A program made the position numbers and the translations under genes. This document shows positions 13,446 through 25,427 of a DNA stretch of 42,336 nt, one piece after another. The stretch covers positions 1 to 42,336 of the forward strand of contig JAAPAO010000289.1 in the NCBI GenBank assembly GCA_013115145.1, in the 5' to 3' direction. Positions within the stretch are counted from its first letter, which is position 1, and each line of letters opens with the position of its first letter. Below the pieces are notes generated by a model, which was not told where the DNA came from, made no database searches, and worked only from the letters and a program-made list of their open reading frames with translations. This stretch comes from Perkinsus chesapeaki ATCC PRA-425. Lineage: Eukaryota > Protista > Perkinsozoa.

Positions 13446-14997
13446 GCTCAGCTGTCACGAGTACCACCATGATACCGCAGTTTTGTGAGCAATGTTCACT
13501 TGACGTCTCTCGTGAGCAGAACTAAGGCATTCTATGCAAATAGCGCCATGCTTTTGCTTGCGAGTCGTTTCCTGTGCAAACAAAGTTTGTAGTGCCTGAT
13601 ATTCACGAGACCCGTCCGCAGGATTTTTTGTGCCCCCCTCTCTTTTCCTCTGGACGAACTCACCATAATGATTCCAACCACAGCGTCGTCTATCGAGAAT
13701 GTCTCTGCGAAACCGCAGACTATGCAGTAAGTGGCAACAGTTACAGTTGGCAGCTGTGGATTTCACAGTGTGGAAGCTCCTTTGGTTTAAACTGTGGGCA
13801 GCCTTGCAGTTCGCACTACCAGTGCAGTGCAGGGTCTGCGCTACCTCATCTGGACGGCTGTCAAAAACTGGAACTCTTCGCTTTCAGGCAGTTCATCGTT
13901 CAATGTGCGACCGCTGAAGACACGCGGAATCTAATGGCATTCATAAGCAAAAGCCCCGGCATAGCTTGCTATCAGAGAGTGAACCCAGAAAGTAAGATCG
14001 TGTATCATCAGCCTATCGGCAGCCGGCGACCTGTCACGTAGCTCCTAGGGCATGACGCGTGATAGACGCCCGACGCATGGGCGACGGGGATCTCTAAAAT
14101 CGCAAGGATTGCTATTGTTGCCCACCCGGGTACCCAGAAGGCGCTCCCGCCCACATCGGGACTGCACGGAGTTGATTCCGCTGCACAATACAGTTGATAC
14201 GACTCCTGAAGGTTGATCAGAGCATTTCTTCCCCGTAGTGGGTCGAGCTCTATTCTTCACTGTTTCAGCTTGGACGCAACGTCTCCCGTCACCACCGATG
14301 ACGCCTCGCGAACTGGAATCGCCAGGAGCTCTCTGCGCAAAAGGCATTACATCGAAGGGAATAGATTATGATGCGAGCATCGGCGAGGAGAGGTCTCCTT
14401 TGGTTCTGAGCGGCCCCTGTATAGTAGAAGACAAGACTGATGCCCCACAGCGGGCCGATGGAAAGGAAGGTCATGACTCGCACTGTGAGTTGGACTGGAA
14501 ACGATAGATGAGTGTTCGCCGAGCACTGTTCGGTCACCAGTGGCTCTTCCACTAACACGAGGTTTCCCTTGTGTGCGTGTAATACATGGTCTACCTTGTG
14601 CGTGGTCCCATCCTGGTGGTGCGGCTTCCATGCTGTCCCGTGGCCGTCCACAGGTTATCTTTTCGACCGTTTTTTATATCACCGATGCAGGGCAAGTATG
14701 CTATCGCTGTGCAAGCTTCGTCACATCCACGAAACCTCGGATTCCGAGGATATATCCCGAGTGCTTTCGTCGGATAGTGTGGACTCCACACTGTGGAGGT
14801 CCTATGATCGTTACCTCCATATTATAGACCGTCAAGTTATAGAGTCCATAGTATAGACTATATTATGAAGGTGGCGACCGTATCAGCTAAGGCTATAACA
14901 CAATCAACCTCAGAACTTCCCCGTCGAGCTTGTGATAACCGGGCATGGCTTTCTAGCGGTAACCGCTTCGCAACACTCTGTTTCTATGTTTCTCAGC

Positions 14998-15966
14998 TCT
15001 AAGCACCCTCGAAGATGACTCGATTCCAGCTGGGGTGGATGATGTTTTGAGGAGCCCAGTGGTACTTCGCCAGGGCGATGCAGTGAAAGGGAAGGCGGCA
15101 GGGCCGCTTCTTAAACGGACGCCGCGGTCGAGTAGACGCACAGCACAGCGGAATGCTAAGGAGCCAGCGCCACTACCTGCGAAAGTGTCAAAGTCGAGTG
15201 CCGCCGCCCAGGATGACGAGACGTCGACCAAGGACTCGTCGACCCGACGAGTGAAGAGCACGGGGAAATCGTCGAAACAGTCACAAAAATGTGCTTCGAA
15301 TACTAAGAAAAATTCTAAATCCCAGTCGGTCTCAAAAAGTCCTGCGACTGCCAACAGCCATCCAATGAGCCTTGATGTTGCCGATAAGAAAATGGAGGCC
15401 GGCGGACGTATTAGTTCAGATAAGTAAGAGCTGCTCTTAAAGAACATCTCCATATTTCGCTTTATCTTGACATCTTCTCAATCACTTTAGGTTCCGCCAA
15501 GGATTTGTTTCTCCTAAAACCGGTAAGGTGGTATTTGTAGTGCGAGATATACTAGGTTACCGAAGGATACACCACGCAAGACAGTAAGTTGTCGCCCATA
15601 TCTCGGCGCACAATTTAGCCTCTCGCTTCAACTGACAAGCTCGATTATAGAGTTTTGTTAGGTATAAGGTTGCATGGGAAGGCTATTCCGATTCAGAGGC
15701 TACCTGGGAACCAGCTGCTAATATCCCGGCAGCGGAGTGGAAAGAGGTGCGTTTCGAGAGCCTTTTCTCCCTCGGGTTGCTGGTCTCTTTATTCGTCATA
15801 GCTCTACCCGTCTATCAGAAATGCATATTCCTCCGTGCTTCAGGAATGTGCTGATGCTCGAAGAAAGTACGAGCTCGAGAATAAGCGAAGATCCGGAGTA
15901 AAGAGACCGAGAGACCCCGAAGTGCTTTCAGAGTTCGATGATGGTGACTTAATTCCATTGGATTAA
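14998..15966 (+). CDS. Chromodomain protein with a long Ser/Lys-rich disordered N-terminal region; 5' end uncertain
   Basis: The exon at ~15662-15748 encodes YKVAWEGYSDSEATWEPAANI (chromodomain core). The last exon is ECADARRKYELENKRRSGVKRPRD...IPLD*. Confidence 0.75.
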
Positions 15967-16722
15967 TAAGAACTCCTTTTTGTGAAGTTGCTCGAATCGT
16001 TGTTACTATTTTCGCCTGTGCAACCGTCGTTTAGAGAATATCTCCTTCTGTTCCATCTGCTCTAATGCTGCTGCTCATCTGAATGTACTTAATGCACCAT
16101 ACTTATGTTGTTGTAGTCGTGTTGTGACACGGGAACGGGTGAACATATCCGAACCTAATGGGAGCCATCTCAGCAGCCGGTAGACGGGCTTTAATCTCCC
16201 GTGTCTCTCAGCCGATACTTCCATATCCTATAACTTCCCATGCCTCACTGGAGGAGCTATGCCTTCGACTGGGCCAAGCTTGGCTTCCTAGGAATGGTGC
16301 CGGCTGCTGCTGCTGCTGATCAACCTTCCAAAGGCCCTCATCTCATCAGCAGTCAGATGTCGGATGAAACGGCGGGCGCGCGCCGGTAATTCTCGTCTGC
16401 TGGCTCAGGCTCCAAGACTTCCAGACTGAGGTGTCGGTTTGGCTTCATAAGGTCTATCAAGCTGCCTGGGTCGAACAGCCTAGAGTTGTGTAAGTCTCAT
16501 ACCGATTTCCCCATCGGAAGCCCCCCTACCATTTGGCCCTTTGTGATGCATTACTAATAACAATACTGTCTGTTGTTTGGTCATGCTGACAGTTAGGTCT
16601 TGCCGATGGCGATTTGCCATGAAATGTTAGTTTCCATGTTTCTACTAACAGGGGTTCGTCGCCCACAACAACAGCAGGAGCTCGACATAGCTTGCTGCTC
16701 CTAATCGCCGGTCTTTGTATAT

Positions 16723-17722
16723 TTGTACGCTTTCCTGACACACTCGAGTCAACCTTCATCGGCCTACCTCCGATGCTCCATCATCAGGTTCGATCTTGCC
16801 TCGTTCATTCTTGGCTTCTCCTCGGTAACTCTGATCTTCGTGCTGCTCCTCAGACAGTATGTCTTCAACGCTAGCAAAGAAGGTAACAACAACCTGCCAC
16901 CCAGCTCGGTTTGGTATCTTTTCGCAGCCGGGAGATCCCCACGTAAGAGCAAACCCTCGCCGATATCCGTTCGTGATTCGGCCTACAACAAGGGTTCGTC
17001 CGCTAAGAGGAGAGGAAGCACTAGTCGAGGCGGCGCCACCGGCCACCGCGAGCACCCCGCCAAGGACAGGTGGACATTCTTAGCTGATCTGCGCTTCTTT
17101 GTTTTTAGCCTTCGGGGTCCAGAATCGCGCCTGTCAGGTCTGCCGGCGCCAGTAGGCCCTCAACCTCAGCCCAGAGTTCAACCGCTCCTCAACCGGCGAG
17201 GTCACCCGGCCACAGAGCCAAGCCGAAGTCGCACTCGTCGAGAACGAGCACTCCGCAAAATCAACTCACGCCCAGATCCTCAATCTTGAACAGTGATAGT
17301 CCCGAGGATCATATCAGATCACGGTATCACCGCGCGCCACGAAATTATGTCGTACATGAGCTTTGCAGAATCGCCGGCAGACCGAGTCCGGTTCCCACAA
17401 AGATTGCCGGTGATGACGGAAAGGTGTACGAAATTGACAGTATCGTAGACTCTAGAAACAATGGGGAAGTCGAAGAGTAGGCTGGCGGACGCCGCCGAAA
17501 CAGCAGTGCTGTTATTAGGTTCCTCGTAACATGGGTTGGCTATCCTCCAACTTCGAGCACTTGGGAGCCTGGCCAGAACTTGCCAATGTAAGCTCTTGTC
17601 CCGGGCAGCAGCAGTGTTGCCAGCAGCAGGCTGTCAGGCATCTTATCGACGAGTTCAAGGAGTTCTCGTCCTCATCGAGAGCTCGCCGTCACGTGAAGCC
17701 ACCGCCGTCAGATTCTGAGTAG
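16723..17722 (+). CDS. Chromodomain protein with a candidate N-terminal transmembrane helix; 5' end uncertain
   Basis: Spliced YEIDSIVDSRNNGEVEE|FLVTWVGYPPTSSTWEPGQNLPM|HLIDEFKE is a complete chromodomain with the aromatic-cage residues. Upstream is the hydrophobic stretch LASFILGFSSVTLIFVLLL and an S/R/P-rich linker. Confidence 0.75.
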
Positions 17723-18573
17723 CTGAGAGGCTTCAAGCGTTGAGGGAGAAGTATATCAAACGTATAATAGAGAATGCAGATGAGAATACTAAATGCCGTC
17801 TTCTGGTCGGCGGTGACCAATACTCTTACACTTCTCTGCAGTCTGGCTTTTGTTATGGTCAATCAAATTTGTAAGTGCTGTCAGGATTCTTCCTCGTTCC
17901 CATACCTTCAAAAATGTCATCTTGCCGTATCGCTGGATGTGCTGGCGTCCACAAGCTCATCCGATCGCTGCTGGCCATCGGATACTTCGGCATGGCCGTG
18001 GAGGAGACAGCGGGCACAACGGCGAAGAGGAGCGGTGAACAAGAGTGCTGGATGACTAAGTGAGAAGCGAGCCCTCTTATGTGGCCGGCATGAGTCTCTT
18101 TAGAATTGCAGAATCATGGGATGAAGCCAGCGAATGGTGGTGGAAGGTTTATAAGGTCACTTGGGAGGACCAGCCTCAAAACGTGTAGGTGCTGGGGGTT
18201 GGTGCTGTCATCTGGGGGTGGTCAGGTATAATCTAATTGCCATCACCTTCTCCTTTATTATTATTGTTATAAGCTTTATACTTGGATCCAAGCACATCAG
18301 TAGAACTATTGAGGAGGACGGTAAGCTTGCAGCCACAGTTTATCGTTTGCATTGCCGCTGCTGCTGCCTTGATATCTCAAATACTCATTGTGTAGCCGAA
18401 GCAGTCTCCTCGGAGGTGGTTGGTGTGATGTACTCTGGTCGACCGAGTCGGCATAGTTTCGTCGGGGCACGAGAACTTCTGATTTATAAGTATTATTGGT
18501 TATATAAGTTAGCGCTTGAATTAATCCGTATATCGTTATAATGTAATAAATTAATATAGTAGATGAATCATAT

Positions 18574-19233
18574 ATGAAAGCTTGGCTAACGGAGATGTCC
18601 CGCAGCCTACGGGCTACTAACCCATATAAAATTTTATACGGGCCGTCGGAAAATAAACTTATGAGTGGCGGCATGGGAACCAAGTGCGCTCTATCTGCTA
18701 TTGAATCGCTCTGTATGATAAAGCATTTGCATATCCAAGGTCGACGCACGCATCTTGAATGCTCAGCTCGTATCCATGCCGCGTCCGCTGATGCTGTTAT
18801 CGAAGCAGCCGATGACTCGCAGGAAGATGAAGGTGGCGAAGATGCATCAGCTCCTGAGGAGGAGGGAGATGAGATGGCAGCGAAGAAGAAGGCTCCCAAG
18901 AAGTCTAGCAAAGCCAGCACCAGTAGCAAGGCTCGAGGTCGCTCTACTGAGCGTAAAGGTGACGAGGCGGAGCCTAAGAAAGGGTGAGCTGCGAAGGTGG
19001 AGACCAGCGTTGACCGTGGATGGCTGCTACAGGTCAACGAAGACCAAGGCTCGTTCAACCTCTCGAGCAGCCCGTCCAGCAACACCGGTCTCGCCAGCCA
19101 GCTCAGCCAAGTCTGGAAAAGGGTAATCGACAGCAGCAGCCGGCGGCGGCGGCGAGCTGCTGGCATTGACGGTGATGCACTCAGGACCCCGAAGAGCTCG
19201 AATAAGCGCCGCTCGAGCCGTCCAAGAGCGTGA
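18574..19233 (+). CDS. 3' part of a hypothetical protein with an acidic patch and a Lys/Ser/Arg-rich tail
   Basis: Two GT-AG introns join ...AAKKKAPKKSSKAST...KKG|STKTKARSTSRAARPATPVSPASSAKSGK|..TPKSSNKRRSSRPRA*. Upstream exons are unresolved. Confidence 0.55.
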
Positions 19234-19402
19234 GGGTGAATTCATTCCATTAATGATAATTGTCGTCGTCATCAGCTGGTGATCACTACTTACCTATCCG
19301 ACTGCTATTATGATAATGCAAGTAGTGACGGTCGACAGTTGTTGAGTTTCCTGTTGGGCGGAGGCAGCGGAGCGACGCGGTACCAGAAGGTTTTAGTGAT
19401 CG

Positions 19403-20426
19403 ATGGTTTTATATTTAAACATTGAGGTTAAGAACAGCGATAGTATTGTGGAAGATAACATCGAAAGGCGAGCAGGCCGAGGGTTTCTGAGTAGGCATGC
19501 AGATCGCTCCGCCGATGATGACGACAGAGAGACTATCAGGTCAAATAATGTACCAGCTTGCATCATTGATAATCCACGACAGTGCTGTAACGGACAGGGT
19601 AGCCACAGCATGCTTGGAGGGGCTTGAGGCCACGCTGAAGGGACAGCATAGCTTACAGGTGGGGAATATAGGCTGCTATTTTACGTGAAAAATAGATAAC
19701 ACAGTCTTACTGCGTGACTGGGATGATTGCCTTATGTCGTAACTGCGCAGCAAATCGATCAACCGTTTCATGTGCTCCGCTGAATTCAATAATATCAAGT
19801 TGAATGGTTCGACACTGGACAAATTATTCTAAAAATGCGTAATCCTTGTATGATGCTGCAGCAGCCTTTGTGTTTTTGGTAGGTCGAGGTCACCAAGCGA
19901 GGAGTTTGGGGCAACTACTTTGTCCTTGAAATACGTCTGGTTGGTGTCCCCTATGATGCCGTTAGCAAAAGTAAAGGATTACTTATCGGAGGTGAGCTGC
20001 TGCTGCTCACCAGAAGCACATTTTGAAATGCAATGGCGGCCTGCTGGTAGGTATGATAAACCTTTTCAGAGTAACAGCGTGCTCTGATGCTTCCTACACG
20101 AATGTCATGGTCTTCCGAAACGCAGAGAGACTCTTAGAGCAACGATTGCCAGCTGAAGTGGCGGAGAAGCTGGCTGAGAATGGCGTAGAGGCCGACGTCG
20201 TTATAAAGGTAAAGTGTCACCGGAGGTGGTGATGGCAGTGACTTTCTGGCAGAGCAATAAGGAGGAACAAGAACTCTACCAAACGATTATGATACATCAA
20301 GTTGTTCGGGACGAGGATTCTGATGATGATTCTGACTGGTCAATCGAGAAGGAATACGTTATTGTCGATCCCGTGCAAGATGGAACAACAACGACGAGGT
20401 CGAGGATCCATGCGCTGAGTCGATAA
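19403..20426 (+). CDS. Hypothetical multi-exon protein
   Basis: Protein-like exon fragments (RNAERLLEQRLPAEVAEKLAENGVEADVVIK; QVVRDEDSDDDSDWSIEKEYVIVD) separated by GT-AG introns. No family recognised. Confidence 0.4.
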
Positions 20427-20831
20427 CACTCGTGGTGACATGTGTACACTGATCTACACAATTCTGATAAACTGTCCTCTTCATCCATGAATCTCTTAAA
20501 CGGTATCAATTTCATCTATCATCACTGAGATAGAACAACAGCAGCCGTTTTGAGTTACCCAGCGGAGTGGCAGTCATAGCAATCGATGAAGCAAAAAGAT
20601 CAACGTGGACACATGTGGATCTTCGAGATACCAGCTTGGCATGACATTGTCAAACACTCTCAAACCACGATAAAAAAATGGCATGGTTTGGTATAGTTGA
20701 GGTTAGAGAAATTACTAGGAAAGGCAATCACATGTTTCGATGGGAAAAAGTACGCAATAGGACAAACGCCACACTGCGTCAACCAGCTCCACGAAAAGGG
20801 TCGAAATAGTAGAAACAAGTTTTAATCAGAC

Positions 20832-21287
20832 ATGTCGATATCAGTGGAGGACTTGCGGCATCGCTTCACAGAATTCCAAGTTGACGGATGCATCGACGTG
20901 GTGGCATTCCACAATTTAGTAATCAAAATAATATATCTCAGCGAGTCAGCTTACAATTAGCAGGTGCGAGGCTGCTGCTGCCTGGGAGAGCCTGTCATGA
21001 GCGACGGTATGATTATGACCCTTTTCAAATTGCTGGATGTGTCTCGTCGAGGGGTACTTAATTGGTCCGAATTCGAAAGGTGCGTTTGTGGGTTTGGCGG
21101 TCGAGCGATCTCGAGCTGCCAGGCTGCCATCGTTACTTTTGAGTATCTCACTGAAGCCCAGCCATCCGGGGGACCCGCTCCCCCCGCCGGGCATCATCGA
21201 AGTGCCTCCGATTGCCAACCCGATGAGCTCTATGGTGCGACCGCTTCGGTGAGATTCACAAACCCCTTTGACGAAGCATCCTTTTGA
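20832..21287 (+). CDS. EF-hand-like calcium-binding protein
   Basis: MSISVEDLRHRFTEFQVDGCIDVVAFHNL then LFKLLDVSRRGVLNWSEFERC: helix-loop-helix pairs with a D-x-S-x-x-G-x-L-x-x-x-E loop. Confidence 0.6.
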
Positions 21288-23721
21288 TAGGTTGTCGTTG
21301 CCAAGAGTGGAGGAGGGCTGTCTCTCGGAAGGCACCACGTGGGCAAGACTAGGGCTTGACATTGAAGATGATATTTCTTTGGCGACGCGGTAAGTACGGT
21401 GTAGGACAGCAACACTGAATCTCACTTTTGACAGGTCGATGTCTCGGAGACAAGAAAAGACGCAGTTCAAGCATCACAGGACTCTTCAGCGGTTTGGGAA
21501 ACATGAGGATGCCTTCACAGGAAATCCGCGGGACGTCTCAATAGGTCCTAAGGTGTCACTTTACATATCGATATTGCGTTATCATTCCGAGACAGACGTC
21601 AGCATCGCCGATGGCAACCACCGCAGCGCTCGCGAGCGGCAAGCGGCATTTTGAGGACTTGGCAGCGCTGGAGTACATGCGAATCGCGTCGGTAGATGAA
21701 TCCGTTAATGCATGGCTAAGAACTGGTCGACCGCCTTTACTTTGAAAAATGTCAGTTTGTGTTTAAAAAGTTATCAAGTTGGAGTCACGGATTATCGTAA
21801 CTCTGCTGCTGTGATTCGTGTAGCTTGGATGCTTCCCACCGCGCCGTGAGAAAAGTCTCTGGTCTATGATGTGGGACGATAAAGTCCTGATAATAATGCC
21901 ACACGTGGTGTCCATGCAGCGTCACAGTAATTTGACGTCGTTCGGCACTTAATCTTCTCCATCGCGTCGATGAAACCGCCGACTGTTGAACACAAGATTC
22001 GCTGTCTTGGGTAAATTGGACATGACTAGTATGACAATTCTTGTAACATTTATATCACTCCCTTATATAGCGAGGCTCCGAATTCGACTTGATGTCCGCC
22101 GAGAAGGCCGCCAGACAGTCCTCCAGTCTGAAACACAATTCCACCCGAAAGAGCGGCAGGCCATTACTTCTGCGCCAGCTCGTGCACGCGCTCGAGATCA
22201 CTTCGCTGCTGACCACCGCGGCCTTTCCGTGCCAGTTTCCGGAAGGCATCCCTAATATTTATAATTGAAATGATCAACATTACCGCCCTACCGTTTTATC
22301 GCATTCTCAAGTCTCCCAATCTCGCGAGCGAGCAATCGTGCAGCGACTTGTCGGCACCTGCCAAGAGCTGTGCTCGCTGAGCCGAGTCACAAATCACCGC
22401 TCCTGAGAAGCCTTCAGTCGTTCCGTGGCGATCTGTACAAATCGACATAGGGAGGAGATGCCAGCGGGATACTGACAAGACCGATAAGATGACAGCGATT
22501 TCGGCGTCGTTGGGTCACCGTAATTGGTCCTGTTTTCGCGACATCTGTGCTGCTGCTTGTGGCGCTGGTATTAGCGTCCCGTGGAAGGGAAACCGTGCGG
22601 TGCGGAGGTATCTGAGAAGGCTCTTGACAAAGATCTGAGGGCTAGCCGCACTAGTCCAGTATCAAGCCCGAAGCAATGGGAGAGAATGATTCGTAATTTC
22701 TCTCTTAATATTGAGTGCTGTAGCTTTAAAGATGAGGAGTAAACTGCGTAACCCATTCGTAGCAACTTGTGTATAAGAAAATGGTTTGAGAACGATTACG
22801 GGCACCAATCAATGGGTATATCAGGTACAAGCTGCCAATGCACAACAGGTACACTCCCGAAGTTCCACAACCCAACTCCTTGCAATGAACGAGAATCAAG
22901 CCAATTCTTGCGCAACATTGCTAGCAATCACAGCTTGAAAATGCGCGCAAAATTCATGTTTATGTTGTTAAGGGAGTATATTAAAGCGAATCATTTCACA
23001 CGTGACCACGCACACCATTCAGAAGGTCACGTACACCCTTCATCACTGACTGACATGAGTTTTAAACCGTAGCTTCGACTCGATGAGACACACAGTATTT
23101 TACACAGTATTTATTTTATACACTGTATAATACAGTCTGTATTAATAATGTTACCTCGTTGCTCTCAGCTGGCATTGCTTTACTATTTAGTGGCGCGCGC
23201 CGCCAATTGTTCCCCATAGTAGCACTGAGGGGTGCACTCATCGATTGGTGCTGTATAGGCAAATGTCCTCCACCGTATAACATCGCACAGTGGTTATTGG
23301 CGCTCACTCCCAGCGAAGTGGTGCAATGCTGTGGGGGGAAGTACATATGAAATCAACACTTAAAAAATGGTACAGCTTATAGCCTCTTCGATATGCTGTT
23401 ACTAGGCCGACCATGCATGATATTAGCAATTGTATATCAGCTATCCACCAGTTCTAGACACCACAATGACCGTGCAGAAGTTTCGGAAAAACACTCATGT
23501 GACTTTGGAGACCTTTTCCCTACTCTATCTCTGCACACTCCCCCAGACACCACTCCCAGGCTCAGGAACCCCCCCCCCGCATAAGTGATGACTTTAACAA
23601 CACAAGCAAGGCAGTGATGTAATGATGTTGTAGAGTGTACGTACACAAAAAGGCCCATTGAAACCAACGGCAATAATATCAAACCGTCAGGACTTCTCTC
23701 CCATAAATACTACTCCCTCAT

Positions 23722-25070
23722 TTACCGTCCAAATCGCCTACTGCCGCCGCCCTTGCCTCCTTTGCCCCCCTTCTTGCCACTGCCACTATTTGGCTTTAGG
23801 ATCACTTTAACCACACCAGAAGATGTCATTGTGGCTTGCCGGAATCCACGGCCTCCTTTTCCCTTACTGCTGCCTTTACCACCTGAACAGAAAACCAAGT
23901 GCAAGTATAAGCAATCCCGAATCCAGATTGAAAATTTCGTATTCTGGACAGCGGCCGAGCTTCATTACTGAAGCGACTGAGTTGTCAATAACGTTACATA
24001 GTATTTAAGAACGCTCAGTGCATTTGGTACATTCACCAGTGCGGCCCGCCGAGGTGACCGCGTGGGAAGTTAAAAACGCTAACGTGTGTGTTACACGACG
24101 ACACTTCCCCCTCCGGTATCACAATTCCCGTGAATCAGCCTCCAGGAATGACACGGCACACGACCAGCTCCTTACTAGACCATTTCCGTGATGCTGTATG
24201 AAAAGCGAGAAATATCACGACAGCCATGACATCAGGCAAATAAATGGGGAAATATTCCCCCCAGCGAGCCCAAACTATTTCCCATTCTACTACCGGGACT
24301 TCTATTATTCTTCCAGGATGCACCTTTGCGTGCCCTTAAATTCGGCGAGTTAAAGTCTCTACCGTTCCGTTGAGAACGATCCTCTCTTGCAACCATTACG
24401 ACATCATCAGTACCCATACGATCAGAGTACATTCCCCTGACCAAGATTCGCCTGACCGCTGCGCCACGAAATTCATCTGTAAGCAGTACATGCTTGTTAT
24501 TCCGCGGACCTTCGCGTTCGGCACTCGGCGACCTCCATTTGGTGGGACGTCGAAGTCATCGTCAACTTTCCGAGGGCCGCATCGATCGTCGTGTTGATCA
24601 TAACTAAGAGCAAATAACACTCTCTGCATTCCAAAGAAGAGGCAATTCTCGAACTTCACGCAATGCCGAGATATAGTAGATCTATTTCGTGGGTAACAAG
24701 CACTCCTTCGTTTGGTGTTCCTTAACGACTCCCCACTGGCAACATTGTAGCGATGAAATATTTCTGAACGAGCCGAACAGAGTCCAGAAGGATACCAGAT
24801 CAAACCCTAGTACGAAATCTACGGGCCTATCCCACAGTATGTTCCTGGCCGCAGCAGTCGGTAGGGTTGTGAGCTATGGAACACAGCACTGCATGCAGCA
24901 CCCCTGTCCTCCTCCTCCTACTATTACTACCCCATAGTGTTATTAGCACTACGGCCACCATTTGTTGTTTGTCTCCCTGATCGCTCCCTGTCATCAAGCA
25001 GGTCCTCATCGGAATTGTCAGCGGGCTTTAGGAATATGCTCTGAGTGTCGCACCTGCGAGTCATCCGAAT
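23722..25070 (-). CDS. Hypothetical multi-exon protein with a Gly/Lys-rich C-terminus
   Basis: Fragments KPADNSDEDLLDDRERSGR, RKVDDDFDVPPNGGRRVP and SGGKGSSKGKGGRG...KKGGKGGKGGGSRRFGR*. Exon chain not resolved. Confidence 0.35.
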
Positions 25071-25427
25071 TGGGAAATAACAACTGAATAATGCGCCACA
25101 GACAAGCCAATCAGTGCGAGAGTTGGTAACTTGTATGGATAGTAATAGGATGAACCATATGACCCTTTTCCTACACAACTGACTTCATGTACAGTACTAT
25201 TAATCCGCTCCATTATTATTCCTATATGTGAAAATACTATTAATATTAGGAGCCTGTATAGTAGAATATACCAGAGGCTTATCGTTGAGGCGTCAAAGTA
25301 CCCGAGAGATTTGATACTTCACTTTGGCGCGGTGGGCGGTATAGCGGCCTCACTAACGGCACGGATGGGGGGAGGTCGCCAACACCGAAGCTCTTCCATA
25401 AGCCAACTCGAAGGATAGTTTTTCCAG

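Noticed and set aside
14953-15453. 166-aa minus-strand ORF
   Set aside because: Shadow of the S/K-rich exon of chromodomain gene 1.
18306-19166. 286-aa minus-strand ORF
   Set aside because: Antisense shadow of the low-complexity plus-strand gene, which has proper spliced exons.
21300-23350. Possible minus-strand multi-exon gene
   Set aside because: Fragments look coding, but I could not build a consistent exon chain or find a motif.
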